Source of the DNA: Heptranchias perlo
Lineage: Eukaryota
Assembly (NCBI RefSeq): GCF_035084215.1
Contig: NC_090328.1
Span: 92,380,001 to 92,444,000 of the forward strand
Reading direction: 5' to 3'
Length of the DNA: 64,000 nucleotides
Of this stretch, positions 37,801 to 51,112 are shown one piece after another; the first letter of the stretch is position 1; each line of letters opens with the position of its first letter. The notes beneath the pieces are model-generated. The model worked only from the letters and a program-made list of their open reading frames with translations. It was not told where the DNA came from and made no database searches. A program made the translations under genes and the position numbers.

Positions 37801-37915
37801 TGGGGGGGGGAGGGGTGCAAAGTACCCGAGAGGGGAGAAATGAATGGAGGCACAACAACAGGAGAGGGGAGCCTGGCCCGGGGGGTAAAGAGAAAAGAAG
37901 AAAAAAGGGGGGAAT
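34817..37915 (-). mobile_element. L2 LINE, near-complete ORF (APE endonuclease plus RT), frameshifted, 3' tail missing
   Basis: Motifs in order: [51 protein letters not shown] and FKILTLVFKSIHGLTPPYL, from 37450 down to 34830. Confidence 0.92.
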
Positions 37916-38020
37916 AGTGCTGTATTCAAAAATTCCTTACAAATATTTGGATTTTGAGCAAAGTTGTCAACATTGGAGAAATATTCGGAACAAAATGTAT
38001 GAAGTAGGATTGATATGTAT

Positions 38021-38150
38021 GGCCTGAAAATCAACTGTAGCGTTTATTAGGGAATCGGGCACAAAGGCCAGTATTCCCAATGTGCGGTGATCGGGAGTTC
38101 TGCTATTTGGGTGTGCTAACTTCTTCACCAATTGTTTGATTTTCACACCC
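38021..38150. mobile_element. Short MITE
   Basis: Imperfect TIRs GGCCTGAAAATCAA ... TTGATTTTCACACCC; another G-rich TIR starts at about 38154. Confidence 0.5.
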
Positions 38151-38269
38151 ATTGGGGATAATTTTTACTTTGGGTGTTCGTGTAAAATGGCCAATATCGA
38201 TTCACCTGCCCGTTCTACATTGCTCGCGATTTTCATTTCCAAATGACACCAGGCCTCTCCTTGGTGCCT

Positions 38270-38575
38270 GCTCACTCTTTTCCACCACTGGTAGCTATTT
38301 GTTCAGTCATTGCTGAAGAGTGTGGCCTCTGGAACTCTCTGCCTAGTTCTCACCACTTTGTCATCTTCATCTCTGCTTTCAGAGACCTCCTCAGAACATT
38401 TCTTTTCAACTGTAAGTGTATATCTAACAATTCATTGATTCCCCCACCCTAACCCTCTCCATTTTTCCCTTCTCTCATCATCCTTGGCATTCTTCATTTA
38501 CTTTTCTTCCTTAATGGAAGGAGCTTTGAGGCTTCTTCCCGCACATGATATGCACTATATAAATGCAAGTTGTTG
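38270..38575 (+). mobile_element. Old L2 3' end
   Basis: ctctggaactctctgcct (LWNSLP), SAFRDLLRTFLF, and the tail cactatataaatgcaagttgttg. Confidence 0.7.
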
Positions 38576-40598
38576 AATGACATGAAGCACATTGGCAGTC
38601 AACTTTAGTCCTCTTTTCCCAGTTGGCAAACATTATATTATTGATCTTCAACAATATGCTTTGCCCACTGCAATCTTCTTGGCATCACATGGACTGTCAC
38701 TGCACACAGGCTATATTAGGATCATGGTTGAATAATTGGGGTTTTGCCATATCTTTGTCCTCAGTCTTCTTCTGCTTTTACTGAAGTCCACTAATTTCTT
38801 TTGAAAGAGTGGTGCCAGACAGTGAGTTAAACACCCTGTCGGAATGTTCAATGCTGAGGGTAGGAATAGATAATAATAATTCTTCCATTATATAGCACAA
38901 TATCATTTTGAAATGTTTCAAAGTGCTTCACATGATGAATTACTTTTGGAGTACAAATGACCATTGTTATGTAGACAAAGTAATGAACTGCAGATATAGT
39001 GATGTTTATATATAAACTTATATAAATCCAAATGTCAATTTTATCCATTTGTAATCAGTAACTTGATATGTAAATTCAGATTTTAAAACAATTTCAACAA
39101 TATTAGCCTCCGAGATGCAGTACAAATGATGTATAATTCTTTTGCAGATATTACTTATATACCATTCAAATATTTCTAAACCAAGGTTTATTTTCCATGA
39201 GATGTTGGCTGCTTTTTATGTCTGACCATATTGCCAAAAGTGTAGAGGGCATGGCCTAAACACAAATCTCTTCTGGCTGAGGTACAAAAAAATCACAAAT
39301 GAACAAGAGAAAAACACTTCTTTTCACTCAGGTACTGAATGGGACTTGTAATGTGTCACCAAAGAATGAGATTTCACAATACCTACTCTTACTGCACTGA
39401 ATAGAAGCTGAATGTATATCACACGTCTCCTTTATCCTAACAGTAAGAACCTAGCGATGCACTGCAGGGATAATTTTTACTAACAGTCAGTAAGAACAAG
39501 AAGCTTATTGTTTACCTGGAAGCTATTTTGGCATACTCTTGTTAGGAAAACTATTAAGGAAGAAATATGATGAGGGGAAATGCTTTTATGTTCCCTTGTA
39601 AGACATGACAAGGAACTCCTACTTAATTATTGGCTTTTTAAACCACTGAACAACTGTAACACTACTCCTAAGATACACCAAGTCCTATAACAATTACACG
39701 GTCAATAGTATTAAAACGATAGAGTTTCCATTCATGCTTGGAACTAAATTTTGCTGGGAAATGCATTGAAAAGCCTACAATACTTTGTAATGCGATAAAA
39801 CTAAAGCAAACAATAATACAAATATACAGTCTTTATTTTGCACCTGGCAATCTGCCCTTTCACCTGAGGTGATTTATCTACTGATACGACTGCCCAGATC
39901 TCATTGATTTCACATAGCAATATACAACACAAAATCAAAAAGGAGGTATGGTTAAACCAGAAAAATCAAGATCCAAACTAGAAATCTCACTAGTTCTGTA
40001 TTAACACTATGAATTATTTGCATTTCTTCACACAATATTGCACCATTAGTTACGGTGCCAGGCAAGATGCATTTAAGAATTATTCCGGATAAGATCACTA
40101 GGAACCACAGCAAACTTTTACGAAGTTAAGATAACTACTAAAAGCTGCTGTGAATCAAAGCCATCATGGAGTAGAGGGATGTTTTTAGATTTTTGGAATG
40201 AAGATGAAACTATGGAGCAGAGAGGTCTATTTACAAGTGGTGATTTTCCCTCAATTATTCTAGTTCCTGTTAATTACAACGTCAAGCAAGGAGCTTGGTA
40301 CATTGTTAACCAAAATACATATTTGCAAATTTTAATCGTAGCTACAACACATTTGAAACTTAAAAGAAAATGGTTTGGTGAATTTTGCTGAACAAGGCAA
40401 AGGGTGTTGGTGCTGGGAAATTAGATGCTTTTCTACTTTTTGCACAAGGTCAGGAATGGCACAGGTTATATACATAGTAAAGCAGATTCTACAGCCTGAA
40501 CAATTTCTCTAATTCTCAACTTCAGCACAAACTGCTAATTGTGTTGAATTATGTGAGCAATTTTATACCTTGCAACTGGGCCAGGCCATTGATATATA

Positions 40599-42201
40599 GG
40601 GGGCTAAATTGGGTGGCGTAGCACCCATTGTGTAGGCGCTACACGGACTCCTAAGGACTCAAAATGATGTCTGAAATGCGCGCGCACACTTCCGGCATGG
40701 TGTGTGCAGGACGCCGTATTGGTAAAGGTGTTTGCACACGCGCACTTAAAGAACTCCGGCAGCCTATAAAGTAGGGAGATTATGCGTTAGATCAGTGTGC
40801 AATGCTGATTTAAAGGGACAGATGTGATTTTGGAACTTTACACTCCAGCCATCGCAGAGTCTTAATCTCGCACAGCTGAACAGTTAAACAGTATGGAGGA
40901 ACCCCCCACCAGCGCTATTTAAAGGGATCATGCATGAGTTACAGTCCGTTGCTGGATTATTGCTTCTAGCTGCTGATGCATTTGTACCTGTTTTTGGAGG
41001 TCTCCTATACTTGAATACTAGGACGAGGGGACATAACCTAAAAACTAGAGCCAGGACTTTCAGGAGTGAAGTTAGGAAACACTTCTACACGCAAAGGGTG
41101 ATAGAAGTTTGGAATTCTCTTCTGCAAACGGTAGTTGATGCCAGCTCATTTGTTAATTTTAAATCTGAGATTAATAGACTTTTGCTATTAAGGGATATGG
41201 GGCTAAGGCGGGTATATGGAGTTAGGTCACAGATCAGCCATGATCTCATTGAACGGTGGAACAGGCTCAAGGGGCTAAATGGCCTACTCCTGTTCCTATG
41301 TTGCTATAATAAAGTTTCAATACTCTACCAGGAATGGGCTCGCTAGTTGACAGGCAACAGCAAAGGCACTGACAGAATGGCAGGGGTGGGACAGGAATAC
41401 TGTCATCCTGAGGGAAGACAGCAGATTCATGTTCCATGGAGCCACTGCCTTCTGTTATGCGCCAACTTCTCCTGCAAGAAAGCAGGAAGTGTATCGGTGT
41501 GTGTCCTGCATGATGATTGGATGATGTGGCTGTCGTGGTTGAATAGCTGCCAGTGTGTGTGACCTGTGAGTTGTGGGCGTGCAGCTTGCAACAGTGGTAA
41601 TGTGTGAGGGTGAGAGTGAGAGGAAGCATCTGATTGGAAGAGTTGAGTACTGATTGAAAGAGTTTGTTGGTAGATGGGTGATGAGGGGTGTAGTGCTGAG
41701 CAACTTTTATTCAATGTTTTGAAGGAACTCAACAATTTGTAAACATAAGGACGGGACCTGCATCTGTGTTTTACGTGTGTGATTTCTGATCTCCGTTCAG
41801 ACTCTGTTCAGAACCGTATTTTATATTTTGAAAATATAAGAGTCCCACAAACTTTCAGCAGTCAAGTTGTTGCTCATTAAAAATTCCAGAATTCCCATCA
41901 TCATCATGCTGCACTATATTGATTATACCATTAATTGCCACCACTTCCTGCAGCCACAGTGCATCTCCCCTTTAAGAGGTGCAGGCTGCCTTTAAGTGGT
42001 GCTAGCCACTCGCGATATCTGGGTCCTCTGCTGGTGAGCAGTCACTCAACAGTGCAGGTAGGGCTGGCTGCACACAGCAATCATAGAAATCACCAGGCAG
42101 CACGAATGTTAGCTGCTGCCTGCATCTCAACGACTAGGCCCGGGTTAATCGTGCACCGCGATCCCTGTGCCCGTTTTTGGGGGTTAACCAATTTAACCCC
42201 C
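40599..42201 (+). mobile_element. PIF/Harbinger copy C: both TIRs intact, transposase deleted
   Basis: GGGGGCTAAATTGG...CCAATTTAACCCCC with an ATA/ATA duplication. The left 400 bp is collinear with 3072-3490, 41345-41415 matches 5155-5220, and the Myb exon-2 acceptor (EKLAHNRRQ) is at about 41471. Confidence 0.9.
41017..41301 (+). mobile_element. CR1 3' fragment nested in Harbinger C
   Basis: TRGHNLK..ARTFRSEVRKHFYTQRVIEVWNSL and the tail ggcctactcctgttcctatg. Confidence 0.9.
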
Positions 42202-43394
42202 ATAAAGCTTTAGTATGGAACCTCCATTTTATTTATAAAGCAATTTATGCTAAATAAAATGGGGCTGAAATTCCAGGGCCACGATCCTGGTCCTTATGCT
42301 GGAATCTCAACCACCAACTCTCCAGCACTAACCTCAGTGGAGTATGTGATGTCAGGGAGAGGGCACCCGCATAGCTTGGATCCAGTGAGTGCATATGCCA
42401 CTACAGGCACAATTTGGATGTCCACCTACTGCCAGAAACTGCAAAATGTGGCACTGCTGGCTAGGCTGGGAGGTGGGGGAGGGGCTGTAGGAATGTGGAA
42501 AATACTACCCCAGAAGACCATAGATTCAGAATAAATTGAGGCGTTTACAAGAGAGGTACATAGACAGATTAAGTGTTATGGAGAAAGGGCAACGAATTGG
42601 GACTAAAAAGATAGATTCTTCGTCAGCTCCTATGTTCCTCTTCCACTGTTTGTTACATTTATGTCACATGTTTGTGGTCCAAAAATAATTTCCATTTGGA
42701 AATGGTGACAGATTTAACCTGGGGTCATGTGATGTCTTGGGTATTACTTCTCTAAATGAGAAATCCATTATTACCACCAAATCAAGTGGGCAAACTTACA
42801 AAGTGTGGCAAAAAGTTAACTTTTCTTTGAGGAACAGGAGCTTGTGAGTTATAGCGTGACTTCACACGTGGAAGTAATTAAAAAGCATTAATGTTGTTGC
42901 TGCTAGTGTTATCAAATTTCAGTTTTGTACTGGAAGGCTTGTGTTGATTGACAACAATGAAGATTCCACTGATGATGGGTTCAGGATCACCACATTTCTG
43001 TAACAACATAGAACTGAGTGTCATCCAAACAAGCTGAAAGGGAAAGGGAGAATGGACAAGCTTGAAGCCATCAGTAAACTTCAAAAACCAAAAATATCCT
43101 GCAAATGCTTTTGAATCCTTTGATGAATGTTTGAACCATCACCATTTTGTTTACCTACAAACTGCAAAAAATGGTAGGCTGTCAATCATGAGTTTGGATT
43201 GCTCTTTAAAGAGACAGTACCCTCATGCAAAACAAAATGCAAAGCTCCATGTGGCAAAGTCTGAACTACCCAACAGCATTATTGTAATAAAGTGCACTGT
43301 TGTATTTGTAATTAGATTTTAAAATAGCTTCGAAGCCATCATCTAGTTCATTAGGGAAAGATGTAAACAGCGGGGTCTGGTGGGACCATCACTT

Positions 43395-44303
43395 TTCTCA
43401 ATACTGACTTGGATATAAGGAGAACAATATCAAAATTTGCAATCAGCACAAAAATAAGTAGCATGGTTAACTTGAAAGGGATTGTAAGTGACTTCAGGAG
43501 GCCACAGACAGGTTAATAGATTGGGAAGATAAATATCAGATGAAATTTCATATAGAGAAATGTGAAGTGAAACATTTTAAGAGGAAGAATAAAGAGAGAA
43601 CAGAAATACCAAATTGTAAACCTTTACGAGGAGTAGAGGGGCAGAACCTTTAATAGTGGAAGATGAGTTTTTATAGCTATTTTTTAAAATCTATACAGAA
43701 CCCTAGGTTTTATAAATATGGACATAGAATACAAAAATAAGAGGTAATGCTAAAACTATACAAAGAATTGGTTAAGTGTTTGCACTGTCCATTTTTGAGC
43801 GACCTACTTTAGGAAGGTGGTCATGGTCATGGAGAAGGTGCAGGACAGATTCACTAAGATGAAACCAGTGGATTAGATGCTTTAGTTATGAAGAAAGATT
43901 AGAGAACCAAGGGTTCTTTTCATTACATTAACAATGGTTAAGAGGAGATCTGATGGAGATGTTCACAGTTGTGAAAGTTTTTGCTATGGTAAATTGGGAG
44001 ACGTTAGTTCCAGTGGTCAGTCAGTTGGTAACTACAAGTCATAAATTTAAGATCGGTAGCAAAAGAATGAAGGGGGGGGGGGGGGGGGTATGGAAAACCT
44101 CTGTGTGCAGAGAGTTATTGGGACATGGAATGCCCTACCAGAAATAATGGTGGAAGCAGAATCCATAATAGCTTTTTGAAATATTTGTAAAAAGAAAAAA
44201 TGAACACGGTATGGGTAAAGGACATGGAATGCGACTAAGTAGATAGCTCTTACAGACAGCTGTGAGGGGCCAAATGGCCTCTTTCTATGCTGTAAAATTC
44301 TAC
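43395..44303 (+). mobile_element. Old CR1 LINE
   Basis: Decayed tcaaaatttgca (SKFA), gagaaatgtgaagtg (EKCEV), ttaagaggagatctgatggag (LRGDLME) and the tail ggccaaatggcctctttctatgctgtaaaattcta. Confidence 0.75.
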
Positions 44304-44448
44304 GGGGTCAATATCAACTTGCCAAAATCGGCATTAATGGGGCAGTAATGGCCTCAAAATGGGGACGGTAAACTTACCTTGGCTTCTAGTGCCTCTTCGC
44401 TGCTGGAACGATTTGCCAGTCAACCACCCAAAAGTTAAAATCAACCCC
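44304..44448. mobile_element. MITE inserted in the CR1 tail repeat
   Basis: GGGGTCAATATCAACTT ... AAGTTAAAATCAACCCC; the CR1 attcta repeat resumes after it. Confidence 0.65.
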
Positions 44449-46816
44449 GTGATTCTAAAACTGAAACTGGTCAGATTTATGTCAAACTGCCACAGCCATC
44501 GCTACTGTATTGGATTTTTTTTTAAATCACACGACCCTTTAATAGGTCATGTTGAATAATCACTCAAAAACAAATGAGAGAGCAAGAGAGGGATGAACAC
44601 CTTCTGGCTGACTTAAATCACATGGATGCTGAATAAGTGGATGCTGATAACATTGTCTGTATTAATAATTTTGGAAAGAGTGATTAGTATGTAGCCTAAT
44701 AAACAGGGCTACAATTAGTATTATTTGAGCATATATATTCTTAATATTCATGTAACTAGAAAATTCCAATAGTGCTACCTGCATTTGCATTGTGTTCTGA
44801 TATTGCTTCTATATGAGTCTTAAAGGGCCATGAGGGCTGAAATCACAATTATATTAAGTATCAATTAACCAATATCCCTACATTACTCAATTCATTCTGT
44901 TCGTGTTATTCACGGTTTAAACCCATCTCCTGAAAAGAAACTTCAAAGAGCTGGAAAAAAAACGCATTCTGTGTTTGTTCAGTGAATACGCAGAAAATCA
45001 GCAGCCAGTCATTAGCTAAAGAGAGTGCTCACACATCTATTGAGTATCTCAGTTATCCCGGCTGGACAGACCAACACACGCTGAGCTCACAATCAGAGAA
45101 CCACTCAACAGATTTTGAAAAAAATCCTTCTTTAGTTCAATAACTGTGGCCCTAGAGCATATCTTATATTGTAAGTAATCCAAAACCAGAATATGTTGCT
45201 GATCTCAGGACTGATCTCAAGCTAAACACAACAGACATCTTGTTTCCCCAGTTAAATAAAGCTAACATAAAACTGAATACAATTATTTTTCTAACAACAA
45301 TAATGAGATCAAAAGTGAACTTTTACCATAGTTTCACCTAATATTGAAAGGGCTTAGCAAATAAAACACCCTTGCTGTGTTAATGCTTTAAAATGGAAGG
45401 TTACTTTGGGGGTAAGTACTATTAGTGGTAAGTGCTTAACCCGGAATGTGTCCCAGGTGCCTTGTTATTTTGATATCCTTTGCGGTTCCTCCAAGGGGAT
45501 CTGTATACCTTCAGCTTCAGCAGTCATGCTGGGGCATCGTAAACTAAGGGAGGAGATTCTTGTTTCCTAATATTGGTGTCATTTGATTGGTCTGTTTTTT
45601 ACCTGATCATCAGGGTCCTAAAAATGCACTGTGGGATTCCAGAACACAAACGCTGAACAGATTCTTCTGTGATTCCTCGCCGTAATTTTAGCACAGGCTT
45701 TAATCCTTTCAGATGAGCAGGTTAAGGGTTCATATGCTATAATCCCACAGTGCAATTCAGAGGTCCAGATGTCTGTTTTTTGTCTCAGTCTGTTCTTAGC
45801 TTATCAGGAGAAATGCACAGAAGTCAATGGAAATAACAGAAAAGAATGTTAATGCTAATTAAACTTCTTCTAACTATTTAATAATAACATTTGCATTTAT
45901 AAAGTAGTATCTTAACTGCCCAGCAAAGCATATGGCTTTTACAACAGGCGAACATCCTTTTTAAGGTAATGTAACAGTACTTTAGAATATATTAGTCGGC
46001 ATTACAGTAACTGGTGTCGATTGTAATAATCAGAAGATAGGTTAAATTTCATTAGAATAGTAAAAAACATAAAAGGAAGTTGAACAGTTGGACTTCTAAA
46101 TTAGATTTATATTGCGAAATGCTTTATTAAATAATCTCACTTTTCTTGGCTATTTATTTCTATAAGTAATTTCTATGAGGCTGTTGGTTATTTGAAGCTT
46201 TTGCTGTCTATTCAGAAGCTATTCTCTGACAGCTTCTTGCTGCAGGCTTCAGCTGCCAGTTTCTCCAAGTAAACCCAGTGTATGGATTCTCTAGATGATA
46301 TCTATCCCTACTGACCACAAATTCAGTTCTATCAAAGAAAAGAATGGGTCTTCTCTCTACAATGATTTTCATGGATACAAGGAGAAATAGCAATTAGATT
46401 AGATTGAAATTCACTGTATTTTGTGTAAAATAAATCAGCTTCTTGGTTTACAATTGTTCTTATCTCACTCGAGTGCTCATCAGTTCTTGGAAGCATATAG
46501 AAGATTCCAGTATCTAGTACACATAACAGGGGGTTCCCATTCTTATGACCCTGTATGACGAAATATTGGGCTATTGAGGTACAATCCCGATTGTAAGGGA
46601 CATGGTGTCCACTTACGGAGAGACCGGTGACCCAAACCTTGAGACAAGATTTAGTGCAGGTCTAAAATCTGTAACAATGGCAATTTATAAATCTTCTTCA
46701 TTTTTAAGTTTTTTTGGGCATTTCATGACTGGGCTACTTTTTTGATTTTTACTTTTGAATGCAAAAATGTGACTGCAGCTATCTGAAACTATGGTACACA
46801 TCACAATTGCACAACA

Positions 46817-49164
46817 GTAGAGTTATACAGCACGGAGAGAGGCCCTTCGACCCATCGTGTCCGCGCCGGCCATCAGCCCTGTCGACTCTAATCCCATATT
46901 CCAGCATTTGGTCCGTAGCCTTGTATGCTATGGCATTTCAAGTGCTCATCCAAATGCTTCTTGAATGTTGTGAGGGTTCCTGCCTCCACAACCCTTTCAG
47001 GCAGTGAGTTCCAGACTCCAACCACCCTCTGGGTGAAAAAGTTCTTTCTCAAATCCCCTCTAAACCTCCCGCCTTTTACCTTGAATCTATGTCCCCTTGT
47101 TATAGAACCCTCAACGAAGGGAAAAAGCTCCTTAGTATCCATCCTATCTGTGCCCCTCATAATTTTGTACACCTCAATCATGTCCCCCCTCAGCCTCCTC
47201 TGCTCCAAGGAAAACAAACCCAATCTTCCCAGTCTCTCTTCATAGCTGAAGCGCTCCAGCCCTGGTAACATCCTGGTGAATCTCCTCTGTACCCTCTCCA
47301 AAGCGATCACATCCTTCCTGTAGTGTGGCGACCAGAACTGCACACAGTACTCCAGCTGTGGCCTAACCAGTGTTTTATACAGCTCCATCATAACCTCCTT
47401 GCTCTTATATTCTATGCCTCAGCTAATAAAGGCAAGTATCCCATATGCCTTCTTTACCACCTTATCTACCTGTTCCGCCGCCTTCAGGGATTTGTGATCT
47501 TGCACACCAAGATCCCTCTGACCCTCTGCCTTGCCTAGGGTCCTCCCATTCATTGTGTATTCCCTTGCCTTGTTAGTCCCTCCAAAGTGCATCACTTCGC
47601 ACTTTTCCGGGTTAAATTCCATTTGCCACTGTTCCGCCCATCTGACCAACCCATCTATATCGTCCTGCAGACTGACGCTATCCTCCTCGCTATTTACCAC
47701 CCTACCAATTTTTGTATCATCAGCGAACTTACTGATCATACCTTTTACATTCATATCCAAGTCATTAATGTAGACCACAAACAGCAAGGGACCCAGCACC
47801 GATCCCTGTGGTACCCCACTGGCCACAGGCTTCCAGTCACAAAAACAACCTTCGACCATCACCCTCTGCCTTCTGCCACTAAGCCAGTTTTGTATCCAAA
47901 GTGCCAAGGCACCCTGGATTCCATGGGCTCGTACCTTCTTGACCAGTCACCTGTGGGGGACTTTATCGAAGGCCTTACTGAAATCCATGTATACCACATC
48001 CACTGCGTTACCCTCATCCACACGCCTAGTCACCCCCTCAAAAAATTCAATCAAATTAGTCAGACATGATCTTCCCTTGACAAAGCCATGTTCACTATCC
48101 CTGATTAATCCTTGCTTCTCCAAGTGGAGACTAATTTTGTCCTTCAGAATTTTTTCCAATAATTTTCCTACCACTGATGTTAGGCTCACTGGCCTGTAGT
48201 TCCCCGGTTTTTCCCTACTCCCCTTCTTGAATAATGGTACTACATTAGCGGTTCTCCAGTCCTCTGGCACATCCCCTGTGGCCAGAGAGGTTCTGAATAT
48301 ATGTGTCAGAGCCCCCGCAATCTCCTCCTTTGCCTCACACAGTAGCCTGGGATACATTTCGTCCGGGCCTGGGGATTTATCCATTTTTAGGCCTGCTAAA
48401 ACCGCCAATACCTCCTCCCGCTCGATGTTAATATGTTCGAGTATATCACAGTCCCCCTGCCGTATTTCTATGTCTACATCGTCCTTCTCCATAGTGAAAA
48501 CAGATGCAAAAAATTCATTTAGAACCCCTCCTACATCTGCCGGCTCCACATACAGATTGCCATTTTTGTCCCTAATGGGCCCTATTTTTTCCCTAGTCAT
48601 CCTCTTACCCTTAATATACTTATAAAACATCTTAGGATTTTCCTTTATTTTGCTCGCCAGTGTTATTTCATGGCCCCTCCTTGATCTCCTAATTTCTTTT
48701 TTAAGTATCCCCCTGCACTTTTTGTACTCCTCTAGGGCTTCCTCCGTCTTTAGCCTTTTGTATCTGCCAAAAGCCCTCCTTTTTTTCCTAACCCATTCTC
48801 GTATATCCCCTGACATCCAAGGTTCCCTGGAGTTCTTGGAACCACCCTTGACCTTTACGGGAACATGTTGCCATTGTATGGTCTCAATCTCCCTTCTGAA
48901 AGACTCCCATTGCTCCGATGCGGATTTTCCTACAAGCAGCTGATCCCAGTCCATTTTGGCCAGATCCTGCTTTATCCTATTAAAATCGGCCTTCCCCCAA
49001 TTTAGAACCTTTATTTCCGGCCCCTCCCTGTCCTTTTCCATGACCACCTTAAATCTCACCGAATTATGGTCACTGTCACCAAAGTGCTCACCTACTAGCA
49101 CTTCTTCCACTTGGCCGGCCACATTCCCTAGAATTAGGTCCAGTACCGCCCCCTCTCTTGTAGG
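46817..49164 (-). mobile_element. Young CR1 LINE, 2.35 kb: end of endonuclease, full RT and 3' UTR
   Basis: ORFs 47947-49122, 47419-47907 and 46888-47391 share one frame and are separated only by two TGA codons. Motifs include GDSDH, KSPGPD, NYRPVSLTS, QGSVLGP and KFADD. Confidence 0.97.
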
Positions 49165-49861
49165 CTAATTTGACGGTGTATTTACCTTACAGAGAGGTCA
49201 ATGGCAGTGCTGACTTCTCTGACAATACTAAAAAGAACATGAGGTACCAGTTTTGTGTTTGGTGGTGCCATCACGCACCAAAAGAAGTGATTTTACTCCA
49301 TTGCCTCCTGAAGCATGAATTCTGGCACACCAATGTAGACAGCACCTCCATTAGTATCAGCCATCAGTTTTTCTGGCCTGTGTTGTTGAATGCCAGCATT
49401 GAATTTCCCAATTTGTGACCTATACAAAACTGTCCCAGACATCAAGGATGGTCTTGTAGCCAGAAAATAAAATTGGAAAAAAGACTTGCATACAATTGCA
49501 TACAGTTATTTATCTGTTGCTGTAAGATCTACCCCATATTAGAAATGGAGTGGATCCGGGATCCAAAACTATTACAGAACTGTTTCTACCTTAAACGATT
49601 CTATACTATAAATGCAACATAACACTCTCACTGCCTCCAGCTACCTGAAACCAGCCTTCAAGGGATTATAATGCACCATTAAACTTAATCTTCTAACCTT
49701 TTTATTTTAGGCTGCATTTACACCAGAACAGTAACATTAGTGCAAAGCTGTTTCACTTTGCACCGATGCTAAGAGGTTGTCGTGTAAATGTGGAGTCAGG
49801 GACCCACCTGATTCCAGAGTGAGCAAGGACTGGTAAATAAATGATGGTTCATGTGCAACAA

Positions 49862-50348
49862 TAACAATGGCAACAGCAATTTGCATTGATACAACACCTT
49901 TAATGTAAGAAATGTCCCAAGGTCCAACACAAATAGGTGCAAGAAAAATGGATGTTGAGCCAGGAGGTAGAAATTAAGTGGGGTAACTGAAAGCTAGTTC
50001 AAAAATCTAGGTTTTGAGGTGAAGAGGCAGAGATATTCAGGGAGCAAATTTCAGGATTGAGATGGCTTAGATCTCTGCCCCCAGTTGTGGGTGAAGAGCG
50101 GGTGAATGCATGGAAGGCCAGAGTCAGAGAAATGCAGCATTTGAGAGGGATATAAGGCTGGAAGAAATTGCAGAGATAGGGAGAAGAAAGGCCTCGGAGG
50201 GATTTATAGAGGACGACAAGATTTCGAATTTGATTCGTTGGAGTATTGGGAGGTGATGAAGGCATGTTTAAGGATTTCAGAGGCAGATGGGATGGAAGCA
50301 GGCAATTTGCGGAGGTGAAAACAACGGGTTTTGGTGATGGCTACAATG
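49862..50348 (-). mobile_element. Old L2 3' fragment (appears to resume at about 51113-51170 beyond the CR1 insert)
   Basis: ORF 49999-50265 has LYKSLRGLSSPYLCNFFQPY; an L2 tail lies at 49862-49930. Confidence 0.75.
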
Positions 50349-50351
50349 TAG

Positions 50352-51112
50352 AAGCATAGAAATCATGGAAAATTTATGGCACGGAAGGAGACCATTCCAT
50401 CCATTGTGTCTGCGCCGGCCAAAAATGAGCCACCCAGCCTAATCCCACTTTCCAGCACTTGGTCCGTAGCACTGTAAGTTACAGCACTTCAGGTGCACAT
50501 CCAGGTACTTTTTTAATGAGTTCAGGGTTTCTGCCTCTACCACCCTTTCAGGCAGTGAGTTCCAGACTCCCACCACCCTCTGGGTGAAAAATCTTTCCTC
50601 AGCTCCCCTCTAATCCTTCTACCAATCACTTTAAATTTATGCCCCCTGGTTATTGACCTCTCTGCTAAGGGAAATAGGTCCTTCCTATTTACTCTATCTA
50701 GGCCCCCCATAATTTTGTACACATCAATTAAATCACCCCTCACCCTCTTCTGTTCCAAAGAGAACAACCCCAGCCTATCCAATCTTTCCTCATAGCTAAA
50801 ATTCTCCAGTCCTGGCGACATCCTCGTAAATCCCCTCTGTACCCTCTCTAGCACAATTACATCCTTCCTGTAATGTGGTGACCAGAACTGTACGCAGTAC
50901 TCAAGCTGTGGCCTAACTAGAGTTTTATACATTTCCAGCATAACCTCCCTGCTCTTTTATTCTATGCCTCGGCTAATAAAGGAAAGTATTCCGTATGCCT
51001 TCTTAATCACCTTATCTACCTGTCCTGCTACCTTCAGGGATCTGTGGACATGTACTCCAAACTCCCTCACTTCCACTACACCTTTCAGTATCCTCCCATT
51101 TATTGTGTACAC
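50352..51112 (-). mobile_element. CR1 LINE 3' part
   Basis: ORFs 50957-51148 and 50537-50941 contain RPQLEYCVQFWSP; the tail is atgatttctatgcttct. Confidence 0.93.

Noticed and set aside
44071-44088. Poly-G run (also poly-C near 14027, 20674 and 51531)
   Set aside because: Simple homopolymer expansions inside repeats, with no evidence of function.
46526-46650. Possible hAT MITE starting CAGGGGGTTCCCA
   Set aside because: No convincing right TIR or 8-bp duplication.
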